Assembly: GCA_963727445.1 (NCBI GenBank)
Contig: CAVSGI010000020.1
Span: 320,001 to 384,000 of the forward strand
DNA: 64,000 nucleotides
Direction of reading: 5' to 3'
Source: an uncultured delta proteobacterium
Lineage (GTDB): Bacteria > Myxococcota_A > Polyangia > Polyangiales > B10-G4
This document shows positions 18,556-28,628 of the stretch, one piece after another. Every line of letters starts with the position of its first letter. The stretch's first letter is position 1. The notes below the pieces were generated by a model. It did no database searches, had not been told where the DNA came from, and saw only the letters and a program-made list of their open reading frames with translations. Both the position numbers and the translations under genes were made by a program.

Positions 18556-20583
18556 GTGACCGATGCCTCGGGCGGCGAATGGCTGGGGCGCACCCTCGGG
18601 GGGCGCTTCGAGATCCTTCGCGCGCTCGGCGAGGGCGGCATGGGCGCGGTCTACGCCGCCCGCGATACGACCGAGGGCGGCGAGGTCGCGCTGAAGGTGC
18701 TGCTCCCCGAGCTCGCCGCCGAGGCGCGTCATCTCGCTCGCTTCCGCCGCGAAGCCGAGGTGATGGGCCTGCTCGCCCATCCCCACGTCGTGCGCGCGAT
18801 CGCCAGCGGCGTCGACGCGGACGGGACGCCGTGGCTGGCGATGGAGCTGGTGCAGGGCGAGACGCTCTCCTCCTTCATGCGAGAGCGCGCGTCACCTCTC
18901 GGCGTGCAGGCGGCGGTCGGCATCGCGCGCCAGATCGTCGCTGCGCTGATGGCGGCCCACGAGGTGGGGATCGTCCATCGGGATCTGAAGCCGGCCAACG
19001 TGATGATCGAACGAGACGGCGGGCGCATCCGCGCGAAGGTCGTCGACTTCGGCCTCGCCCGCTTCGCCGACAGCACGACGTACCACAAGCTCACGATGAC
19101 AGGGGTGGTCGTGGGGACGCCTTCGTACATGGCGCCCGAACAGGCTTTCGGCGATCCGGTCGATCACCGCGCCGATCTCTACGCCGTGGGGGCCGTGCTC
19201 CACGCGCTGCTGACGAGCGAGCCACCCTTCGGTTCGGGAAAGTCCCCCGATCTGTTGCCCCGCCTCCTGGCGGGCGAGCGAACGCGGCTCACCGAGACAC
19301 GCCGCGACCTGGGGCCGATCGTCGAGGTGGTCGAGCGCCTCCTCGAGCCCGAGCCGGAGCAGCGCTACGAGACGGCCGCGGCGCTCGACGCCGCCCTCGC
19401 GCCCTTCGACGCGAAGGTGCCGAGCACCCGCGAATGGACGCGGCCGCCCACGATGGACACGCTCGCGCTCCCGCCCGATCCCGTGCTGGACGCGCCCCGT
19501 CCGCGAAGGCGCGGGCGCACGCGGATGGCACCGCCGGATCGGGCGCTCCCGCCCGCAGCGGCCCAGCGCACGGACGACTCGACGCGGAGCCGCGCGTCCC
19601 TCCTCATCTTGGGCTTTGTCGTCGCGGTCGCGGCGAGCGCCGGGCTCGTCTACCTCGTCGCGGGCCTGCTCGCTCAGGGGCCCGCGCCTTCCGAAGGGCT
19701 GGCCGCGGTGATGCCGGTGGCGATGCTCGACGGGGCCGCCGATGGAGACGGGGCACAGGGTGCGCCCGAGGCGACCGGCGCCGGTGGCGATGGGGCCGAC
19801 CGAGACGCTGGCGCATCCTCGGATGCTGCGGAGCAGCCAACGGAAGCCCGCGCGCATCCCGGCCCCCGCACTTTCCCCGCGCCGGCGGCTTACTCGATCC
19901 GCGTCGAGATCCTCGAGAGCTACGCCCCCGCAAACCGCTTCACCTCCACCATTCGCGAAGAGACGCCCAGCTTCGCGGCCTGCCTCGCCCGCCGCCCCCG
20001 CATCCCTCGGCGGCCGCCCCTCACCTGGACGGTTCGAGTCGAGTATTCGCGACCCTCCCTGTCGAGGACGTTCATCGATCCCTCGGGCGATTTCGACGTC
20101 TGCATCTACAACTGGGAGATTGGGATGAGCTTTCCCTCGGCCCCGACCGGCGCCTCGACCCTCGTCATGCGCGTCACCGCCGAGGCGGCGACGCCAAGCT
20201 CACAGAGGGTGGTCGTCCTCGATCGCACCGACTGGGCGTCGCGCACCCTCACCCCGCCGTATCTGAGCGTCGACATCCACATCGAACACACGAACATCGC
20301 GGCCGAAGAGGTGAAACGCCTCTTCGAGGCGCGACGCGAGGCCTTCGACGCGTGCCTGAAGCGTTCCCCGGGCCTCGAACGCCCGCCGCCCTACGCCGGC
20401 ACCATGCGCCGCGCCTTCGGCGACAACCCCTTCGTCGTCCAGAACGGCACGCCACACATCGTGGCGCTCTGCCTCGAGTACGACCTCTTCCGCCATACGG
20501 AGCTACCCGATAGCGCCGAGATCGACCTGCGCTTCCGCGCCACCGCGGCGGAGCGAACCACGATCGAAGTCCACGAGCAGTAG
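18556..20583 (+). CDS. Transmembrane Ser/Thr protein kinase
   Basis: LGEGGMGAVY, VALK, HRDLKPAN, DFG, GTPSYMAPE; TM segment. Confidence 0.95.
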   Translation: MTDASGGEWLGRTLGGRFEILRALGEGGMGAVYAARDTTEGGEVALKVLLPELAAEARHLARFRREAEVMGLLAHPHVVRAIASGVDADGTPWLAMELVQGETLSSFMRERASPLGVQAAVGIARQIVAALMAAHEVGIVHRDLKPANVMIERDGGRIRAKVVDFGLARFADSTTYHKLTMTGVVVGTPSYMAPEQAFGDPVDHRADLYAVGAVLHALLTSEPPFGSGKSPDLLPRLLAGERTRLTETRRDLGPIVEVVERLLEPEPEQRYETAAALDAALAPFDAKVPSTREWTRPPTMDTLALPPDPVLDAPRPRRRGRTRMAPPDRALPPAAAQRTDDSTRSRASLLILGFVVAVAASAGLVYLVAGLLAQGPAPSEGLAAVMPVAMLDGAADGDGAQGAPEATGAGGDGADRDAGASSDAAEQPTEARAHPGPRTFPAPAAYSIRVEILESYAPANRFTSTIREETPSFAACLARRPRIPRRPPLTWTVRVEYSRPSLSRTFIDPSGDFDVCIYNWEIGMSFPSAPTGASTLVMRVTAEAATPSSQRVVVLDRTDWASRTLTPPYLSVDIHIEHTNIAAEEVKRLFEARREAFDACLKRSPGLERPPPYAGTMRRAFGDNPFVVQNGTPHIVALCLEYDLFRHTELPDSAEIDLRFRATAAERTTIEVHEQ

Positions 20584-20584
20584 C

Positions 20585-21697
20585 TCAGCGCACCGGCACG
20601 TAGTACCCGGTCGCGTGCAGCGTCGCGTCGGGCGCGTTCGCGTCGAAGGCCAGGTCGAGGGTCTCGCCCTCGCGCAGCACGAAGGGCTCACCGTCGGCGA
20701 GGCAGTACGCCGGCCGCGGCGAGGCGCCGGTGCAGCTCCGCGGCGGAATGCGAATGTCGTCGACCATCAGGTAGAGCTCGTCGACGTACGTCACCTCGGG
20801 CTTCTCCTCGCTGAGCCGAATGCGCAGCGGGCCCGCCACCGGGCTCCCGACCACCAGGTCTTGCGCGGCGTACGCGCGGCTGCCCCGGAGGTTCCGGAGG
20901 ATCTCGCCCACCCTCTCCGCTCCGCCGCTCTCGTCCACGCGGTAGACGAAAGGGCACGCCGCGAGGTGGTCGCAGTTCTGCACCCGGCCGGTGTTGCGGC
21001 GGCTGTGCTCCATCAAGTGCGAGCCCTCGAGGGTCAGCGTCACCCGCTGGCGCGGGGCGCGCGCCGGCTGGCCGAGGCGCTCGCACGCCGCCCAGCCGTC
21101 CTCGTCGTAGCTCACGGTTCCGTCGCCGCTGAAGATCAGGGGCTGGACGCCGTAGGACCCGACCGTGATGTCGAGGACGCGGCGCAGGCCGCTCTCCCCG
21201 TCCGGCAGGAAGACCTGATAGCGGTTGGGCGGATCCTCGTCCTCGGCGATGGGCAGCGCCAGAAGCACTGCGCGGGTGGGCCCGCGCCGGTCGAAGACCA
21301 CCGTGCTCAGCGACGCCTGCCTTCGCCAGTAGTCGCCGAACTCCCAGACCTCGGCGCGCCCGCGGCGCTCGCCCGCTTCGAGGGTGCCGTCCTCGCGCAG
21401 CACGAGATGCTCGTCGCCCCGCTCGCCGTCGATGTCTCCGTCGCCTTCGACCAGGATCGGCGCCGTGCTGGCGGGGACCGTCGCGACCTCCGCGACCTCC
21501 GTCTCGGCCTCGACTTCCCCGGCCCCCTCGCCCTCCGCGGACGCGGGCCCCTCCACCGGTTCGGATTGCTCCTCCAGCGTCGCGGGCGCCTCCGGTGCGC
21601 TCGTCGCCGCTGGAGCGGTGGCCCCGGGATCCGGCGTCGACGAGCTGCATGCACTGATCAGGGCGCCCAGGATGGCCCCGAGACACGTCGTCTGCAT
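20585..21697 (-). CDS. Hypothetical lipoprotein
   Basis: Lipobox ISAC; C-terminal domain starting ACPFVY. Confidence 0.7.
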   Translation of the reverse strand: MQTTCLGAILGALISACSSSTPDPGATAPAATSAPEAPATLEEQSEPVEGPASAEGEGAGEVEAETEVAEVATVPASTAPILVEGDGDIDGERGDEHLVLREDGTLEAGERRGRAEVWEFGDYWRRQASLSTVVFDRRGPTRAVLLALPIAEDEDPPNRYQVFLPDGESGLRRVLDITVGSYGVQPLIFSGDGTVSYDEDGWAACERLGQPARAPRQRVTLTLEGSHLMEHSRRNTGRVQNCDHLAACPFVYRVDESGGAERVGEILRNLRGSRAYAAQDLVVGSPVAGPLRIRLSEEKPEVTYVDELYLMVDDIRIPPRSCTGASPRPAYCLADGEPFVLREGETLDLAFDANAPDATLHATGYYVPVR

Positions 21698-21778
21698 CGT
21701 CCTCTCCCCAACCCCCAGCGGCCCCCCGAGTATTCCCATCCGCCACCCCTTGCTGTCCACGGGTTAGCATCGCCGCCC

Positions 21779-23203
21779 ATGAAGGCCCTGAAGGAGCTCC
21801 CCGGCCGCCTCGCGCTGCTCTCGCGGAGCCCGCGTCTGGTCGCCATCCTGGCGGTGGGCTTCATCCTCCTCACGGTGGTGCTCCTCGTCCTCGGGCTGCG
21901 CACGCCGACCTTCGACCTGTCGATGACCGCTGGCGCGAGCGAGGGACGGCGCGCCCAGATCGCGGAGCACCTGGTCGACGAATGCGAGCGCCGTGGGGTC
22001 CACGTCAGGCTCCACGAGACCTTCGGCTCCGAGGAGGCGCTGGCGGAGGTCGGCAAGGGCGACCTCGACGTGGCGCTGGTGCAGGGCGGTCTCGACGCGC
22101 CGCGTTCCGTGCGCGAGGTCGCGCCGCTGATGCTGGAGATGCTCCACCTGCTGGTGCACCCCGAGGTGCCCGTCGTGAAGCTCGAAGATCTCCGCGTCCG
22201 GCGCGTGAACCTCTCGCCCCGCGGCAGCGGCACTCACACCCTGGCCCTGCAGGTGCTCTCCCTCGCGGGGCTGCGCCCTGGGCGCGACTTCGAGGAGTCG
22301 AACCTCACCTACGAGCAACTCCTCGAGCTTCCGCGGGAGCGGCTCCCCGACGCCGTCTTCCACGTCTCCTCGCTCCCCTCGCCCGTCGCCGACTATCTGG
22401 TCGACCATCACGGCTATCGCTTGATCGACGTGCCGGTCGCCCAGGCCCTCGCCCTGCGCAACCCGTCGATCCGCGAGGCCACCATCCCCGCCTATGCCTA
22501 CGGCCCGGGTGTGCCCGCGGCGCCCATCACCACCGTGGCCACCCGCATGCTCTTCGTGGCCCACGACAGCGTCGACCCCCAGGCGGTGCGGCGCCTGGTG
22601 GAGGCGGTGTACTCGGACCGCTTCGAGCGGAGCGCGATGCTGCCCGTGCACGACGGCGAGTCGCTCCTCGCCCATCCCGAGTACGAGCTGCACGAGGGGA
22701 CGACGCAGTACCTGCGGCGACACGAGCGCCTGTTGACCCCGGAGACCATCGACAACCTCGAGAGCCTCCGCAGCTTCTTCGTCTCGTTCGCGGTCGCGAT
22801 CTTCCTCGCGTGGCGGTGGTTTCGCGCCCGCCAGCTGCAGGGCTTCGACGACTACATCAAGCGCGTCAACGACCTCGAGAAGCGCATCATGCGCTTCGAG
22901 CGAAGGGCGTCCCTCGACATCGATGGGCTGCTGGCTTTGAGACGGGAGCTGCAGCGCGTCAAAGTGCGGGGCCTCGAGGCTTACGCCGGGGGGCGCATGG
23001 CGTCGGCGGAGCTGCTCTCGAGCTTCCTGCTCCACATCAACGACGTCCGCGATCAAGTCGACGATCTGCTGCTCCACGCCCGCGAGCGCCTCGAGAAGAA
23101 GGCTCGCCGCACTGGCGACATCGAGAACGAGGACGCGCTCGTGGAAGAGCTCTGGGGTGCGGCCCACGCCAACGATGGCGAGGACGACTCGACGCTCGGA
23201 TGA
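21779..23203 (+). CDS. TAXI-family (NMT1-like) solute-binding protein with N- and C-terminal TM and cytoplasmic helical tail
   Basis: GSEEAL..DVALVQGG, EMLHLLV, GSGT, IPAYAY, LHEG. Confidence 0.85.
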   Translation: MKALKELPGRLALLSRSPRLVAILAVGFILLTVVLLVLGLRTPTFDLSMTAGASEGRRAQIAEHLVDECERRGVHVRLHETFGSEEALAEVGKGDLDVALVQGGLDAPRSVREVAPLMLEMLHLLVHPEVPVVKLEDLRVRRVNLSPRGSGTHTLALQVLSLAGLRPGRDFEESNLTYEQLLELPRERLPDAVFHVSSLPSPVADYLVDHHGYRLIDVPVAQALALRNPSIREATIPAYAYGPGVPAAPITTVATRMLFVAHDSVDPQAVRRLVEAVYSDRFERSAMLPVHDGESLLAHPEYELHEGTTQYLRRHERLLTPETIDNLESLRSFFVSFAVAIFLAWRWFRARQLQGFDDYIKRVNDLEKRIMRFERRASLDIDGLLALRRELQRVKVRGLEAYAGGRMASAELLSSFLLHINDVRDQVDDLLLHARERLEKKARRTGDIENEDALVEELWGAAHANDGEDDSTLG

Positions 23204-23212
23204 GAGCGCGGC

Positions 23213-23504
23213 TCAGGCCGGCTTGCCGCCGCTGTGGCCGACCTCGCCGATCCGCTTCTCGAGGATCACGGCGTCGCCCACACCGCTGATTCTCGTCGGG
23301 CGCGATAGACACGGTCTGAGTGCCCATCATCGGCCTCTTCAGGCTCATCTCCGTGAGAACCTCGCGGCGCAACTTCACGTCGAGACCGGCGACGCGCCAG
23401 CTTCCGTCGTCGAACTCGACGGCCTCGACGTCGCCCAGTGCCCTTCCGTCCTGGGAGTAGACGGTCTTGCCTCGGAGCTCGCGGCTCGAGACGACGTTCG
23501 CCAC
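23213..23504 (-). CDS. PRC-barrel domain protein; +1 indel near 23291
   Basis: LRGKTVYSQDGRALGDVEAVEFD; GAC GAG (A) ATC AGC GGT GTG GGC GAC restores ISGVGDAVIL. Confidence 0.8.
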
Positions 23505-23505
23505 G

Positions 23506-23916
23506 TCAGCTGTCCGGGTTGATGACCTTGCGGATCACCACCACGTCGCTCGGCGAGACGGGCGCGGCGGTTCGCTCGCCGGTGATGATGAGCGTGAAAC
23601 GACCCTGGGGCGTGGTCGCGGTCGCGCGACCGGTGCGGTCGTCTTCGTCGAATTCGAGCATGGCCTCGCGCTGTGGCTGCTGGTTGTTGGGCTGAAGCCA
23701 CATGGTGTAGTTCTTGATGCCCTGCCCGAGGCGGGCGGGCGGCGGAAGGTGCTCGAGCTCGACCTTCACGATGTACGAGCCCTCGATCTTCTCGACGGTC
23801 ACTTTGCCGTCGGCCCCCGCGGCGCGGGAGGTCCCTGCGAGGGCGTACTCTGCGGGGCCGCAAGCGGCGAGAAGCGGCAACAGAGCAGCCAGTCCGACGA
23901 AGAGCCAATTCTTCAT
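23506..23916 (-). CDS. Hypothetical lipoprotein
   Basis: SD AAGGAG; MKNWLFVGLAALLPLLAAC. Confidence 0.8.
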   Translation of the reverse strand: MKNWLFVGLAALLPLLAACGPAEYALAGTSRAAGADGKVTVEKIEGSYIVKVELEHLPPPARLGQGIKNYTMWLQPNNQQPQREAMLEFDEDDRTGRATATTPQGRFTLIITGERTAAPVSPSDVVVIRKVINPDS

Positions 23917-23987
23917 GAGAGTCTCCTTCACGCCGTGGATGGTAACCACGGAAGCACGAGAGTTGGAAGGGCGTAGAATCCGGCCCC

Positions 23988-25016
23988 ATGAGCATCGACC
24001 TCCGCTCGGACACCGTCACGCAGCCCACGGCGGAAATGCGCGCCGCCATGGCGGAAGCCCTGGTCGGTGACGACGTCTACGGCGAAGATCCGTCAGCGCG
24101 CGCGCTGGAGGAAAAGACCGCCGAGCTCCTGGGGAAAGAGGCGGCGCTCTTCGTTCCGTCGGGGACGATGGCGAATCAGATCGCCATGCAGCTCCACTGC
24201 CGACCGGGCGAAGAGGTGATCATCGGCGAAAAGGCGCACGTCTTTCACTACGAGTGTGGTGCGGGCGGCGCTTACGCCGGCATACAGTTCCTCCCCGTCG
24301 GTCGTGGCGGGCTCTTCGACGTGGAGGACGTGGTCCAGGCGATCAAACCGGATCACTACTACCTCGCACCGACTCGCCTGGTGGCGATCGAGAACACGCA
24401 CAACGTTTCGGGTGGGCGGATCTTTCCGCAGTCCGCGATCGACCGAATCGCGATCCTCGCACGCGAGCGCGGGCTCGGCCTGCACCTCGACGGCGCGCGC
24501 CTCTGGAACGCCGCCGTCGCCACCGGCAAGAGCCCGGCCGAGCTCGCCGCGCCCTTCGACACCGTCAGCGTCTGCTTCTCGAAGGGGCTGGGCGCGCCGG
24601 TGGGCTCGGCGCTGGTGGGGCCGGCGGCGCTGATCGACGTCCGCGCCCGGCGGATTCGTCGCATGTTCGGCGGCGCCATGCGCCAGGTGGGCTTCCTCTG
24701 TGCCGCGGCGGCCTTCGCGCTCGACCACCACCGCGCGCGTCTCTCCATCGACCACGAAAATGCGGCTCACCTCGCGAGAGGGCTCGCCGCGATAGACGGC
24801 CTCGCCTGCGACGCCTCGGCCGTGGAGACCAACATCGTCGGCTTCGAGGTGGAGGCGGGCGATGCGTCGGCCTTCGTTCGGCGGGCGGCCGACGAGGGCG
24901 TGCTCCTGGGTGCCCTCGACGATCGCCGCGTCCGAGCGGTCACACACCTGGGGGTAGGGCGCGCCGAGATCGAGCGCGCGGCTCACGCACTGGGCGAGGC
25001 GGTGGGCAAAGGATGA
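23988..25016 (+). CDS. ltaE: Low-specificity L-threonine aldolase
   Basis: [45 protein letters not shown]. Confidence 0.95.
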   Translation: MSIDLRSDTVTQPTAEMRAAMAEALVGDDVYGEDPSARALEEKTAELLGKEAALFVPSGTMANQIAMQLHCRPGEEVIIGEKAHVFHYECGAGGAYAGIQFLPVGRGGLFDVEDVVQAIKPDHYYLAPTRLVAIENTHNVSGGRIFPQSAIDRIAILARERGLGLHLDGARLWNAAVATGKSPAELAAPFDTVSVCFSKGLGAPVGSALVGPAALIDVRARRIRRMFGGAMRQVGFLCAAAAFALDHHRARLSIDHENAAHLARGLAAIDGLACDASAVETNIVGFEVEAGDASAFVRRAADEGVLLGALDDRRVRAVTHLGVGRAEIERAAHALGEAVGKG

Positions 25017-26047
25017 GCCTTTCGCGCGCCTCGCTTCTCTTGCTCGTGCTCCTGGCGGGGTGCATCCCCACGCTCTCGAAGCAGCGGGGCGCGGAGCACA
25101 TGCGCGCCCTCGAACGCGGCGACCGGCTCACGGCCGAGGACGATTACGATGGCGCGGCCGCGGCATACGCGCGCGCGGCGAACGCGGCAGAGCGGCGCGT
25201 CGACCGAGAAGAGGCTCTCTACCGCCGCGCGCGCGTCCTTCGGAGCGGCGGACATCTGGAGGAAGCCGTCCAGGTCCTCGACCAGATCGCCGGCACCGAG
25301 CCGGTGAGTCGAAACACCGTGCGTGCGCTCTACGACGCCTCCCGAATCCGACTCGAGGCGGGCGAGCACGATGCGGGGATCGCTGGCTTGATGAAGGTCG
25401 TGCGCGAACATCCCAATCACGGCAACGCCGACCATGCGTTGCGGATCGTCTCCGAGGACGCCGAGGCGCGAGGCGGCGCCGCGGCGCGCCGGCACCTGCT
25501 GCAGAGCCTCGACCCCGTCCTCACCGACAGCGAGCTCCACGACGATCTCCTCTTCGATCTGGCCGACCTCGAGCTCGCCGCCGGCAACCGTGAACAGGGG
25601 CGCCGTCTGTTGTTGCGGGTGGTGGAGGAGCACCCGTATCCGCAGGGAAATCGTTGGGACGAAGCGCTGACGCGCCTGGCAGATCTGGCCGAGCAGGACG
25701 GCGATCCGGCGGCCGCCATCGGGTATCTCGAGGCGCTCACCCTGCGCCACGAGTCGACCTGGTCGCCCGGGAGCTACACCCGGCCTTCCATGCCCCGCGC
25801 CCAGCTTCGCATCGCGCGGCTGGAGCGCGCGCGAGGCGAGCTGGACCGCGCCGAACGCGCTTACCGTCGACTCTACGACGAGTACCCGACATCGACGCTT
25901 CGGGATGACGCGCTCTACGAGCTGGGCGACCTCGAGCGGCGGCGTGGCCATCTATCGGCGGCGTGTGCGCTCTACCGGCAGGTGGTCGAGGAGTTCGAGG
26001 TCGGCCACGCCCGGCGGGAATCGGAGCGCCGGCTCAGAGACTGCTGA
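25013..26047 (+). CDS. TPR lipoprotein
   Basis: Lipobox LAGC; multiple TPR helices ([15 protein letters not shown]); ATGA overlap. Confidence 0.85.
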   Translation: MSLSRASLLLLVLLAGCIPTLSKQRGAEHMRALERGDRLTAEDDYDGAAAAYARAANAAERRVDREEALYRRARVLRSGGHLEEAVQVLDQIAGTEPVSRNTVRALYDASRIRLEAGEHDAGIAGLMKVVREHPNHGNADHALRIVSEDAEARGGAAARRHLLQSLDPVLTDSELHDDLLFDLADLELAAGNREQGRRLLLRVVEEHPYPQGNRWDEALTRLADLAEQDGDPAAAIGYLEALTLRHESTWSPGSYTRPSMPRAQLRIARLERARGELDRAERAYRRLYDEYPTSTLRDDALYELGDLERRRGHLSAACALYRQVVEEFEVGHARRESERRLRDC

Positions 26048-26058
26048 ACGATGACGGC

Positions 26059-26466
26059 TCAGATCTCTTCGTCGGGAGGGATGTCGTCATCATCCGCGCC
26101 GAAGTCGTCGTCGTCGTCGCTCGCATCATCCTCGTCGTCGTCGTCGTCATCGATTTCTTCGTCCTCATCCTCGTCGTCGTCCAGATCGGCGAGGTGATAC
26201 TTGAAGTCGATGCTGGCGTCCGCGAGCTGCCCCTCGAGCAGCTCGAAGAGCTCGTCGAGATCTTCGAGTGACCATTCGTCGAGGACGTCCGACACGAAGT
26301 CGTAGAAGTCGGCCGCGTCGATACGACGCTCGATCTCTTCGATCTGCTCGTCCGAGAACGCGTTGATGATGTCCTCACGCAGGGTCTCGGTGTCCCCTTC
26401 GTCTATCGCGTCGGCTGCCGAGAGGCGAATCTGCCGCACGGCCCGCTTGTCCAGTCGGATCTCCAT
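26059..26466 (-). CDS. Highly acidic hypothetical protein
   Basis: 135 aa, D/E-rich throughout with poly-D/E tail; SD GGAG. Confidence 0.75.
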   Translation of the reverse strand: MEIRLDKRAVRQIRLSAADAIDEGDTETLREDIINAFSDEQIEEIERRIDAADFYDFVSDVLDEWSLEDLDELFELLEGQLADASIDFKYHLADLDDDEDEDEEIDDDDDDEDDASDDDDDFGADDDDIPPDEEI

Positions 26467-26570
26467 CGAGTCACTGCTCCAGAAGCAAAACCTGGCGCGT
26501 TCTATGGCGGACTTCCGCGCCTGTCAACGGGAGGAAAGTCCAGGCACAATTGGCTTGTCAAGCTCAGGTG

Positions 26571-27227
26571 ATGCGAGACTCCCGTCAGACGATGCTCCGC
26601 ACGCAGACGCTCTCGGCGCTCCTCATCGCCATGGTCGTGCTCGTGACGGGGCGCGCCGGCGCGCAGCAACGCTTCGAGCCGCCTCCAGAGCCCGACGACC
26701 TCCCAGCGGTGGTCACAGGGACGGTCTGGTTCTCGGCGGTCTTCCCCCTGGTCAACGAGCACAGCTGCCCGGCGTCCGCGGACTGCGTCCTGGGCGGCGG
26801 CGGCGGGATCGGCGGCGGTATCGAGCGGCGCTGGCCCGCCGGCTTCTCCGTCGGGCTGGAGTACGAGGCGTGGTTTTTGAACAGCGCCGGCATCTACGAG
26901 CTGGGCATCATGCAGGCGCTGTCGGCCTACGCGCGCTACCAGCTCCTTCGCGACAACGTCATTCATCCCTACATCGGTGCAGGCATCGGCGGCGTGATCT
27001 TCGGCGACACGCTCCGGGTCGACACCGTGGGGCTGGCCCTCAATCTGCTGACGGGGGTCGAGTGGGAGGTGAGCACGACGGTCTCGGTCGTGCTGGCCCT
27101 CGTCGGCCGCCTGGTGACGCTGGACGCCTTCACCACCGATGCGGACGGCGTTGCGCGGGCCGACGGATTCGGGGTGGATGCCTTCCTGGGGCTTCGACTG
27201 GGGGTCGCCATCAGCGGGGGCCCCTAG
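26571..27227 (+). CDS. Putative 8-stranded outer-membrane beta-barrel protein
   Basis: Signal peptide; IHPYIGAGIG; amphipathic strands. Confidence 0.7.
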   Translation: MRDSRQTMLRTQTLSALLIAMVVLVTGRAGAQQRFEPPPEPDDLPAVVTGTVWFSAVFPLVNEHSCPASADCVLGGGGGIGGGIERRWPAGFSVGLEYEAWFLNSAGIYELGIMQALSAYARYQLLRDNVIHPYIGAGIGGVIFGDTLRVDTVGLALNLLTGVEWEVSTTVSVVLALVGRLVTLDAFTTDADGVARADGFGVDAFLGLRLGVAISGGP

Positions 27228-27347
27228 AAAATTTGCCCCGGTCGCGGGGCTCGGGCCCTCCCCCTGCCTCCCAGCCTCGCTTTGTCTCGTATTGTCGGGG
27301 CCTTTCGCTTGACTGGCTCGGCGCTCACGGGTTCTCCTCTGCGCAGC

Positions 27348-28628
27348 ATGCGCTGCGGAAGCTGCGGTTTCGAAAATCCCGCCGGGAGCGTCTACTGCCA
27401 GCAGTGCGGGACCCGGGTGGTGGAGCCGACGAAAGGAGCGGTTTCACCAGCGGCGGCGCCAGCGAACGCAGACCCCGGAGCAGGAGGGCAGAACCCATGC
27501 TCGCGCTGTGGTCACGACAACGCGCCCCACATGCGTTTCTGCGTCCAGTGCGGCAACGGGCTCTCGCCGCCCGTCAAGGAGGCGAGCCCGCCCGCGGCGG
27601 AGCCCGAAGCGAAGAGCGCGCCGGTGCCTGCGCCTGCCAGCGGGGACGCGCGCGCGTGCTGGCGCTGCCGCGGCGTCGGTGATCCAGGCAGTGAGTTCTG
27701 CAAGTTTTGCGGTGCGCGATATGCGGACGCGCCCGCCGGCGCCGCGCACGGAGGCAACGGCGCGGCGGTGTCCTCGCCCCTGGCGCCGGAGTCGACCGCG
27801 CCGGCGAAACGCTCCGAGGAGCCGGTGGCCGGGGCGCCCGTGCCCGCTGCCGCGTCTGCGTCTGTGTCTGCGCCTGCGCCGCAGCCAGCGCCCGGAGCTC
27901 AGCCCGCGCCGGAACGGCAGGGCTTCGCGACGGTCCTCGAGGCGGGGCCGAACGTCACCGAGAGCGAGGCGCGCCTGGTCGCGATCCTCAAGGATGGCTC
28001 CGATGGCCGGGTCTACCCGCTGACCGGTTCGCAGGTGGACATCGGCAGCCGTGAAGGCGACGTCATCCTGGGCGACGATCCCTATCTCTCACCGCGCCAC
28101 GCCCGGCTCCTGCAGCGTGACGGTGGCTGGTCGCTTCTCGACCTCGACAGCGTCAACGGTATCTTCCTCCGGATCCGAGAGCCCGAGGATCTGACCGACG
28201 GTGATATGATTCTCATCGGCCAGCAGGTCATACGCTTCGAGCTGCTCCCCGACGGGGAGCTGCCTCTGGGCCCCGCGAGCCTGTCGGGGGTGCTCGTCTT
28301 CGGAACGCCAGAAGTCCCTCGGATCGCGCGGCTTTTGCAGTACACCACCGAAGGAGTGGGACGGGACGTGCATTACCTGTATCGTGACGAAACGGTGCTG
28401 GGGCGGGAGAATGGTGACATCGTCTTCACCGACGACCCCTTCCTGTCCCGCCGTCACGCTGCGATCAACATCGACCGCGCACAGAAGCGCTACGTCTTGA
28501 AGGACCTCGGCTCCTCGAATGGCACCTCCCTCCGTTTCCGGGGGGAACGCAAGCTCCGACCGGGCGACCAGTTCCGCATCGGCCGTCACCTCTTCCGCTT
28601 CGACCAACGCGGAGGCCGGGCCTCATGA
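27348..28628 (+). CDS. Zinc-ribbon (three double-CxxC modules) plus tandem FHA domain protein
   Basis: CGSCG..CQQCG, CSRCG..CVQCG, CWRC..CKFCG; LSPRH..SVNG; LGRE..LSRRH..SSNGT. Confidence 0.92.
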   Translation: MRCGSCGFENPAGSVYCQQCGTRVVEPTKGAVSPAAAPANADPGAGGQNPCSRCGHDNAPHMRFCVQCGNGLSPPVKEASPPAAEPEAKSAPVPAPASGDARACWRCRGVGDPGSEFCKFCGARYADAPAGAAHGGNGAAVSSPLAPESTAPAKRSEEPVAGAPVPAAASASVSAPAPQPAPGAQPAPERQGFATVLEAGPNVTESEARLVAILKDGSDGRVYPLTGSQVDIGSREGDVILGDDPYLSPRHARLLQRDGGWSLLDLDSVNGIFLRIREPEDLTDGDMILIGQQVIRFELLPDGELPLGPASLSGVLVFGTPEVPRIARLLQYTTEGVGRDVHYLYRDETVLGRENGDIVFTDDPFLSRRHAAINIDRAQKRYVLKDLGSSNGTSLRFRGERKLRPGDQFRIGRHLFRFDQRGGRAS

